Assembly (NCBI GenBank): GCA_001661245.1
Contig: KV454014.1
Coordinates: 450,954-514,953, forward strand
Origin: Pachysolen tannophilus NRRL Y-2460
Lineage: Eukaryota
Reading direction: 5' to 3'
Length of the DNA: 64,000 nucleotides
In this document: positions 57,049 to 64,000 of the stretch, piece by piece
Layout: each line of letters opens with the position of its first letter
Position numbering within the stretch: the first letter of the stretch is position 1
Notes under the pieces: model-generated
What the model saw: only the letters and a program-made list of their open reading frames with translations
Told to the model about the DNA's origin: nothing
Databases searched by the model: none
Translations under genes and position numbers: made by a program

Positions 57049-60000
57049 ATGGCCAGTGAAATCCCAATAGATTTTACAGAATTGGCCCAATTGACTTCAT
57101 TGGGTATACAGTCCCAGTCATTGGATTTCAAATCTACTACATTAGAATCAGATAAATATGTCTGTGTTCGAGAATCAACTGCAAATGGCAATTCTGTTTC
57201 AATTATTGATTTACAAGATGGTAATAAAGTTATAAAAAAAAATATGTCTGCTGATAATGCTATTATGCATCCAAGGCAATTGGTTATTTCATTGAGAGCG
57301 AATGGTACTACTTTGCAAATTTTTAACTTGGAATCAAAGCAAAGGTTGAAGGCTTTTACAATGTCTGAACCAGTTATTTTTTGGAAATGGTTGGATGATG
57401 AAGTATTGGGTTTAGTGACTCAATCTGCTATATTCACTTGGAGTGTATTTGATGGTACCAATGGCGGTCCAATAAAATTGACCGATAGGCACATCAGTTT
57501 GGGTAGTTGTCAAATAATCAATTTTGTAGCGAATGAGGCTCGTGATTGGTTTGCCGTTACTGGTATTGCTCAAGAAAATGGTAGAATTGCCGGTCATATT
57601 CAATTATATTCAAAACAGAGGAATATTTCACAAGCAATTGAAGGACATGTTTCCAAATTTTCCAAGATTAGATTGGATGGGGCATCTGTCGATACTCAGG
57701 TATTTGCCTGTGGTAATAGAACAGTAAATGGTGGTCAATTACATATCATTGAAATTGATCATCAAGAAGGTGCTCCAGTTTTCACTAAAAAAACGGTGGA
57801 TATCTTTTTCCCACCAGATGCAACAAACGATTTCCCAGTCTCGTTGCAAATTTCAAGCAAATATGGTATTATCTATTTGTTAACTAAATACGGTTTCATC
57901 CACATTTATGATTTGGAAAGTGGTGCCAATATCTTTGTTAACCGTATCTCCGCTGAATCTGTTTTTGCCGCATCATCGTATAATAATGGAACCGGTATAA
58001 TTGCAGTCAATAGATCTGGTCAAGTTTTGAGCGTTGAAATTTCTAAAGATAAGATTATTCCATATATCTTGACAAAATTATCCAATGTACCCTTAGCTAT
58101 AGCTTTATCTGCAAGAGGTGGTTTGCCAGGTGCAGAAAATTTGTTTATTCAACAATTTAATCAAAGTTTGATGAGTGGTGATTACTCTAGCGCAGCTAAA
58201 ATTGCAGCATCTTCTGAACAATTGAGAACATCGGATACAATCAACAAATTGAAAAATATTCAACCAACTCCTGGTCAAATTTCTCCTGTCTTGCAATATT
58301 TCTCAATTTTGTTGGATAAAGGTAATTTAAATAAATTTGAATCTATTGAATTGGCTAAGCCTGTCTTGCAACAAGATAGAAAACCATTATTTGAAAAATG
58401 GTTAAAGGAGGATAAATTGACAACATCAGAAGAATTGGGTGATATAGTTAAACCTTATGATACTCAATTGGCTTTGGCAGTCTATTTAAGAGCTCAAGTT
58501 CCAGTAAAAGTTGTCGGTGCATTAGCTGAATTAAACCAATTCGATAAGATTTTACCATATTGTGAAAAAGTTGGTTACCATCCAGATTATACTATTTTAA
58601 TTCAAAATATTTTAAGAATCAATCCTGATAGTGCAGCGGAATTTGCAACTCAATTATTACAGACAAAACCAGATTTGGATGTAGCCAAGATTGCAGATGT
58701 TTTCCTCTCACAAAATTATATTCAACAAGGTACTGCATTCTTATTAGATGCTTTGAAAGAAGATAAACCGGCAGAAGGTCATTTACAAACAAGATTATTG
58801 GAAGTCAATTTATTACATGCTCCTCAAGTTGCAGATGCTATCTTGGGAAACCAAATGTTTTCTCATTATGACAGACCAACAATTGCTGCATTGTGTGAGA
58901 AGGCTGGATTATACCAAAGAGCATTGGAACATTATGAAGATATTAAAGACATTAAACGTGTGATTATTCATACTAATGTTTTACCTACCGATTGGTTAGT
59001 AAGCTATTTCGGTAAGTTGAACGTTGAGCAATCAGTATCTTGTTTAAGAGAAATGTTATCCAAAAATATGGCACAGAACTTGCAAGTTGTTATTCAAGTT
59101 GCAACTAGATACTCTGACTTAATTGGTCCTTTGACTTTGATTAAGATTTTTGAAGATTACAAATGTGTTGAAGGTGAATATTACTATTTAGCTTCTATAG
59201 TAAACGTAACTCAAGATTCCGAAGTAGTCTTTAAGTATATTCAAGCAGCTTCAAAGTTGGGACAAATAAAGGAAATTGAAAGAGTCGTTAGAGAAAATAA
59301 CGTCTATAACGGAGAAAAAGTTAAAAACTTTTTGAAAGAAGCTAAATTAGATGATCAATTGCCATTGATTATTGTATGTGATCGTTTCAATTTCATTCAT
59401 GATTTGGTATTATACTTGTATAAGAACGAATTATTCAAGTTTATTGAAGTGTACGTTCAACAAGTTAATCCTGCCAGAACTCCACAAGTTGTCGCTGGAT
59501 TATTAGATGTAGACTGTGATGAATCTATTATTAAAGCTTTATTACAATCCGTTCTCGGATTAGTTCCAATTCAAGATTTGGTTGACGAAGTTGAAAAGAG
59601 AAACAGACTAAAGATTTTATTAAGCTTTTTGGAGGCTACTTTACTGGGTGGCTCAACTGATAAAGCTGTTTATGACGCGTTGGCCAAAATTTATATTGAC
59701 TCAAATAATAATCCAGAAAAATTCTTAAAAGAGAATGACATGTATGACACAAAAGTCGTTGGTAAATATTGTGAGAAGAGAGATCCTTACTTGGCTTATA
59801 TTGCCTACTCCAAGGGTCAAAATGATGACGAATTAATTAAGATCACCAACGAAAATGCTATGTATAAATATCAAGCAAGATATTTATTGAGCAGATCGGA
59901 TTTGACCTTGTGGTCGAAAGTTTTGAATGATGAAAACATTCATAGAAGACAATTGATTGACCAAGTCGTTGGTAATGCTATACCTGAGTTAGAAGATCCT

Positions 60001-62052
60001 GAGCCAATTTCAATTGCTGTTAAAGCTTTTATGGAAGCAAACTTACTTTCTGAGTTAATTGAATTATTGGAAAAAATTATTTTGGAACCATCTCCATTTA
60101 ATGACAATCCTTCGTTGCAAGGTTTAATGATTTTAACAGCTATTAAAGCTGAAAAATCTAGAGTCATGTCGTATATCGAGAAATTAGATGCTTTTGATCC
60201 AGATGAAATTGCTCCATTAGCAGAAGAAGCGGGATTATACGAAGAAGCATTTGAAATTTATGATAAATTTAAGTTACATTCTAAGGCCTTGAAGGTTTTG
60301 GTTGAAGATGTCATGTCATTAGATAGAGGTGAACAATATGCTGAAAAATTAGATCAACCTGAATTGTGGTCTCAATTAGGTACCGCTCAAATAAATGGTT
60401 TAAGAATTCCAGAAGCTATTGATTCTTATATCAAAGCAAATGATCCATCTAACTTTGAACAAGTTATCGATATTGCAGAACATGCTGGAAAAGAAGAAGA
60501 ATTAATTCCATATTTGAAAATGGCAAGGCAAACTTTACGAGAACCAAAAGTTGATGGTGCGATCATCAATGCATATGCATCTACAGATAAATTAAGTGAG
60601 ATCGAAAATTTCTTACAGTTGACAAATGTCGCAGACTTGGAATCAATTGGTGATAAATTATATGAGAATCAAAACTACAAGGCTGCGAAATTGATTTATT
60701 CGAACATTTCTAACTACAGTAAGTTAGCTTCGACGTTAGTTTACTTAAATGACTATCAAGCTGCTGTTGATTGTGCAAGAAAAGCTTCGAACATTTCTGT
60801 TTGGAAACAGGTCAATGATGCTTGTATTGACAACAAAGAATTTAGATTAGCTCAAATATGTGGTTTGAATTTGATTGTTCATGCTGATGAGTTGCAAGAA
60901 TTGGTCTCCAAATATGAATATCATGGTTATTTCAATGAATTGATTTCCTTGTTTGAGAGTGGTTTAGGATTGGAACGTGCTCATATGGGAATGTTTACTG
61001 AATTGGCTATTTTATATACAAAGTATGCTCCTGAAAAAACAATGGAACATTTGAAATTATTCTGGTCAAGAATTAATATTCCAAAAGTCTTGAGGGCCTG
61101 TGAAGATGCCCACTTATGGCCAGAATTAGTCTTTTTGTATTGCCACTATGATGAGTGGGATAATGCAGCATTGACTATGATGGAAAGATCAGAATCTGCT
61201 TTTGAGCATAACTCCTTTAAAGAGATTATAGTCAAGGTTTCAAATTTGGAAATTTATTACAAAGCAATTAACTTTTACATGAACGAAAATCCTCAATTAA
61301 TTGTTGATTTGCTTTCTTCTTTAACTCCAAGAATTGATTTACCAAGAGTTGTTAGAATTTTCCAAAAATCAGATAACTTGCCTATGATTAAACCATTCTT
61401 AATTTCTGTATTGGATAAGAACAATTCAGTTGTAAACCAAGCGTATCACGATTTATTGATTGAAGAAGAAGATGATAAGACTTTAAGATCAGTTATTGAA
61501 TCAAATGATAAATTTGATGCGTTAGGTTTAGCAGAAAGATTGGAAAAACACGAAATCATTTTCTTCAGACAAATTGCTGCTGTTTTATACCGTAAAAACA
61601 AAAAATGGAGTAAAGCTTTATCAATATTGAAAATCGACAAATTGTGGAAGGATGTTATTGAAACTGCTGAAATATCTGGAAAGAGTGATATAGCAGAAGA
61701 TTTATTAACTTATTTTGTCGAAACAGGAAATACCGAATGTTTCATCGCAATGTTATATAAATGTTATAATTTGATCAGATACGATGTGGTTTTGGAATTA
61801 TCATGGTTACACAAGTTGGATGATTATATTAAACCTTACCAAATTTCAATAACGAGAGAAAATCAAGAAAAGTTAACCAAAGTATATTCTGATTTAATCG
61901 AGAGAGAAGAAGCAAAGAAAAAAAGCGAGCAAGAACAAGAGCAACCAATACTAGGCCAAAGATTAATGATTACTAACGGTACTGGTATTCCAATGCAACA
62001 GCCTGCTATAGGTTTCCAGCAAACCGGTATCGGCTTTGGTAATGGTTTCTAA
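57049..62052 (+). CDS. CHC1: Clathrin heavy chain
   Basis: TTLESDKYVCVRE, MSADNAIMHP, CHCR repeats, GLGLERAHMGMFTEL and RLMIT tail; 1667 aa. Confidence 0.99.
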   Translation: MASEIPIDFTELAQLTSLGIQSQSLDFKSTTLESDKYVCVRESTANGNSVSIIDLQDGNKVIKKNMSADNAIMHPRQLVISLRANGTTLQIFNLESKQRLKAFTMSEPVIFWKWLDDEVLGLVTQSAIFTWSVFDGTNGGPIKLTDRHISLGSCQIINFVANEARDWFAVTGIAQENGRIAGHIQLYSKQRNISQAIEGHVSKFSKIRLDGASVDTQVFACGNRTVNGGQLHIIEIDHQEGAPVFTKKTVDIFFPPDATNDFPVSLQISSKYGIIYLLTKYGFIHIYDLESGANIFVNRISAESVFAASSYNNGTGIIAVNRSGQVLSVEISKDKIIPYILTKLSNVPLAIALSARGGLPGAENLFIQQFNQSLMSGDYSSAAKIAASSEQLRTSDTINKLKNIQPTPGQISPVLQYFSILLDKGNLNKFESIELAKPVLQQDRKPLFEKWLKEDKLTTSEELGDIVKPYDTQLALAVYLRAQVPVKVVGALAELNQFDKILPYCEKVGYHPDYTILIQNILRINPDSAAEFATQLLQTKPDLDVAKIADVFLSQNYIQQGTAFLLDALKEDKPAEGHLQTRLLEVNLLHAPQVADAILGNQMFSHYDRPTIAALCEKAGLYQRALEHYEDIKDIKRVIIHTNVLPTDWLVSYFGKLNVEQSVSCLREMLSKNMAQNLQVVIQVATRYSDLIGPLTLIKIFEDYKCVEGEYYYLASIVNVTQDSEVVFKYIQAASKLGQIKEIERVVRENNVYNGEKVKNFLKEAKLDDQLPLIIVCDRFNFIHDLVLYLYKNELFKFIEVYVQQVNPARTPQVVAGLLDVDCDESIIKALLQSVLGLVPIQDLVDEVEKRNRLKILLSFLEATLLGGSTDKAVYDALAKIYIDSNNNPEKFLKENDMYDTKVVGKYCEKRDPYLAYIAYSKGQNDDELIKITNENAMYKYQARYLLSRSDLTLWSKVLNDENIHRRQLIDQVVGNAIPELEDPEPISIAVKAFMEANLLSELIELLEKIILEPSPFNDNPSLQGLMILTAIKAEKSRVMSYIEKLDAFDPDEIAPLAEEAGLYEEAFEIYDKFKLHSKALKVLVEDVMSLDRGEQYAEKLDQPELWSQLGTAQINGLRIPEAIDSYIKANDPSNFEQVIDIAEHAGKEEELIPYLKMARQTLREPKVDGAIINAYASTDKLSEIENFLQLTNVADLESIGDKLYENQNYKAAKLIYSNISNYSKLASTLVYLNDYQAAVDCARKASNISVWKQVNDACIDNKEFRLAQICGLNLIVHADELQELVSKYEYHGYFNELISLFESGLGLERAHMGMFTELAILYTKYAPEKTMEHLKLFWSRINIPKVLRACEDAHLWPELVFLYCHYDEWDNAALTMMERSESAFEHNSFKEIIVKVSNLEIYYKAINFYMNENPQLIVDLLSSLTPRIDLPRVVRIFQKSDNLPMIKPFLISVLDKNNSVVNQAYHDLLIEEEDDKTLRSVIESNDKFDALGLAERLEKHEIIFFRQIAAVLYRKNKKWSKALSILKIDKLWKDVIETAEISGKSDIAEDLLTYFVETGNTECFIAMLYKCYNLIRYDVVLELSWLHKLDDYIKPYQISITRENQEKLTKVYSDLIEREEAKKKSEQEQEQPILGQRLMITNGTGIPMQQPAIGFQQTGIGFGNGF

Positions 62053-62156
62053 AGAAGCCAAAAGTTCACTTCCTTTTTTTTTAATAAAAGTATATAAAGA
62101 AAAAGAAAAAAGAAAAAAAAATTGTTTAAATGTTTTTATATATAGTTCTGAGAAAA

Positions 62157-62354
62157 ATGACACCTTTTGATTTTGAGTTTGTGCTTGATTCAGATGGAAA
62201 TGTCAAATTAACAAAGATTCAAATTGCTACACCAGGTATAAATGTTTGGAATCCTTCCTTCGATGTAACTCCTCATCGATTAATCGATTGTATTGTCACA
62301 GAAGACAAGTATTTATTGAAAGATGCGTCTGGAAATTTTCATCTAGAGAAATGA
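62157..62354 (+). CDS. MRI1: Displaced C-terminal fragment of MRI1 (last 60 codons) behind a new in-frame ATG
   Basis: [45 protein letters not shown]...SGNFHLEK contains the NP(A/S)FDVTP..LI..IVTE signature ending MtnA/Mri1. Homology begins at 62169. Confidence 0.85.
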   Translation: MTPFDFEFVLDSDGNVKLTKIQIATPGINVWNPSFDVTPHRLIDCIVTEDKYLLKDASGNFHLEK

Positions 62355-62604
62355 TTCAAGTTCTCAAACTTTATAGATATAGAAACAAGAGATAAAAAAT
62401 ATAATTATAATAAACTGAAATATATTGCGATAAATAACAAAAGAAATCTGACCATTGAAATCTAAACTTCAATTTCGTAGCTCAATTGATATAAAAAAAA
62501 AAATTAAAATAAAATAAAAATAAAAATAAAAAATAATAAAAAAAGATAAACTAAAAATATCAATGTTCAACAAAATCAATTTCAAAACTGGAATAAAATG
62601 TATC
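62169..62604. other. Intragenic inversion (62172-62601) bounded by GAT/ATC microhomology
   Basis: Flipping the segment restores one continuous 417-aa MRI1 ORF: ...[17 protein letters not shown]... Confidence 0.85.
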
Positions 62605-63672
62605 CTCTTGGTTTAACTCCCCACCTCTAATGGATGTTAATTCTTTGGAAGGTCTTTGTTCAATAACGATATCACTTCCATCAGCTAGATTAAGATCAAT
62701 AGTGGTCTTAGGAGCAGCTCCTATAAACTTAATGTCCTTGAAATTTGAAGCAATTAAGGAAAGTTGGAAAGTTCCTATTTTATTTGCTAAATCACCATTA
62801 TGAACAATTCTATCGGCACCAACAATTATATACCTTAGTGGAGACTTATCAGGTAAATCTTGGGATTTTTTTGGAAAAGTTAATGATTCTGCCAAGAAGG
62901 ATACCATGTTATCAGTGATCAAAGAAAATGGTATTTTTTCATAATTCAATTCATAAGAAGTAAGTCTAGCTCCTTGGTTATAAGGCCTTGTCTCACACGC
63001 ATAAACGTGGGATAACCAAAATTCGTCATTATCTTCAACGTTATTTTTTGGATTTAATTTTGATTTTGCCCATAAAGACCTAATAATACCTAATGCTGTA
63101 CCATGACCTGATGTTGCCAAAGAACCTGTATTACAAATTGTCATTACCGAGAAAGGACCTTTAAAAGATGAATTTTTCAAATCTTGATAAATATAATCAA
63201 CACCATTTTCGCCAATTTTATAATTATTCACCAAATCATCTTCAAACAACTTAATACTGTAATCCTTTAACTTCAGTAATAATTCTTTTGGATCAGTATT
63301 TTGATTTTCACTAATAATTTCCCTTATATCGTTACAAGCATTTAATAAATTTACTGCAGTTGGTCTAGATTTTATCAAATAATCAATTCTCTTGTGTAAA
63401 TTATTGATAAAACTGGAATAGTTTGACAAATCATAATTAAAAACTTGAGCTTCCCCATTGTTCACAACATCATTCAATTCCAGTACAATTGAGAAAGAAC
63501 CAACAATAGCAATTGCAGGTGCACCTCTGACTTGCATCGCTTTAATAACATTAAATCCATCATCTATATTCTTCACTTGTATATACTTTGTCTGATAAGG
63601 AATCAAAAGCTGATCTAAAATCAACAATTTACAATTTTCCTTATCAAACTTTATAGCTTCTAAAGTCGACAT
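62560..63672 (-). CDS. MRI1: Methylthioribose-1-phosphate isomerase, N-terminal part (homology ends at 62602; 13 unrelated residues then stop)
   Basis: [55 protein letters not shown] and IVIEQR; lacks the terminal NPxFDVTP motif. First ATG at 63672. Confidence 0.93.
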   Translation of the reverse strand: MSTLEAIKFDKENCKLLILDQLLIPYQTKYIQVKNIDDGFNVIKAMQVRGAPAIAIVGSFSIVLELNDVVNNGEAQVFNYDLSNYSSFINNLHKRIDYLIKSRPTAVNLLNACNDIREIISENQNTDPKELLLKLKDYSIKLFEDDLVNNYKIGENGVDYIYQDLKNSSFKGPFSVMTICNTGSLATSGHGTALGIIRSLWAKSKLNPKNNVEDNDEFWLSHVYACETRPYNQGARLTSYELNYEKIPFSLITDNMVSFLAESLTFPKKSQDLPDKSPLRYIIVGADRIVHNGDLANKIGTFQLSLIASNFKDIKFIGAAPKTTIDLNLADGSDIVIEQRPSKELTSIRGGELNQEDTFYSSFEIDFVEH

Positions 63673-64000
63673 TATCCTTAAACTCAAAAGAAATGGTTAT
63701 GTGTTATAATGATTGATCAACCATTCATTTCTTACTATTAAATAAAAAAATTTTTTATTTAATTAATTTATTTGAGAAAAACTGTGGCTGCACTCTCTAT
63801 TTTAACCATCATTTAAATTAAACGAATTAAAGAAAATAGATGAAAACCCCCCAATACAACTTTCTACAAGTTATCTTTTCGATAAATAAGAACTCTCTCT
63901 ATTGAATGATACTCCAGCAAGTAAGGAGATCCAAAGTCAAAAAAAAAAGATCAAAATGGGGAAAAAAAAACTGTTCAAAAAGTGAAAATGGAATAAAAAA

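Noticed and set aside
1720..61640. Many 60-160 aa ORFs antisense to or nested in large genes
   Set aside because: Shadow ORFs from codon bias, or poly-A/T-derived F/K-rich translations; no independent support.
62590..62610. Trans-splicing or cis-splicing as the way to join the MRI1 halves
   Set aside because: No GT donor at the N-terminal junction (CAA GAG GAT ACA) and no branch point or AG at the 62169 junction; a DNA inversion explains it fully.
62150..62620. Recombinase-type invertible switch at MRI1
   Set aside because: The ends share only GAT/ATC; there is no extended inverted repeat and no recombinase gene in the window. Only read data could exclude it completely.

Overview
AT-rich budding-yeast (Saccharomycotina) chromosomal segment with about 28 protein-coding genes. 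No rRNA, tRNA, transposon or CRISPR feature was recognised. Gene order: KOG1, MTM1, SSP1-like BAR protein, MIC26, RPS27 (1 intron), orphan membrane protein, FZO1, NNR2, MCR1, DBR1, RPT1, RPC25, PUF6, SDH1, Cu-type P1B ATPase, PFU1/YDR306C-like F-box protein, PMT, SRB7 (1 intron), VMA22 (1 intron), NUD1, NDUFAF3-like, MRPL51 (2 introns), KH-domain protein, CLC protein, Zn2Cys6 factor (1 intron), YMC-like carrier, CHC1, MRI1. Five genes are missed or fragmented by the ORF track because of introns. Two anomalies stand out. (1) MRI1 is broken by a ~430-bp inversion (62172-62601, bounded by GAT/ATC). Its last 60 codons now lie on the opposite strand behind a new in-frame ATG, so it is a split gene, a null allele or a misassembly. 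(2) The conserved N-terminus of the F-box gene (ANKSRP...) starts at ATA rather than ATG, and seven out-of-frame ATGs precede the first in-frame ATG. Several CTG codons sit at positions where homologues have Ala or a small residue, hinting at a non-standard (possibly CUG=Ala) code; that evidence is mixed. All homology calls come from recalled family motifs, not from database searches.
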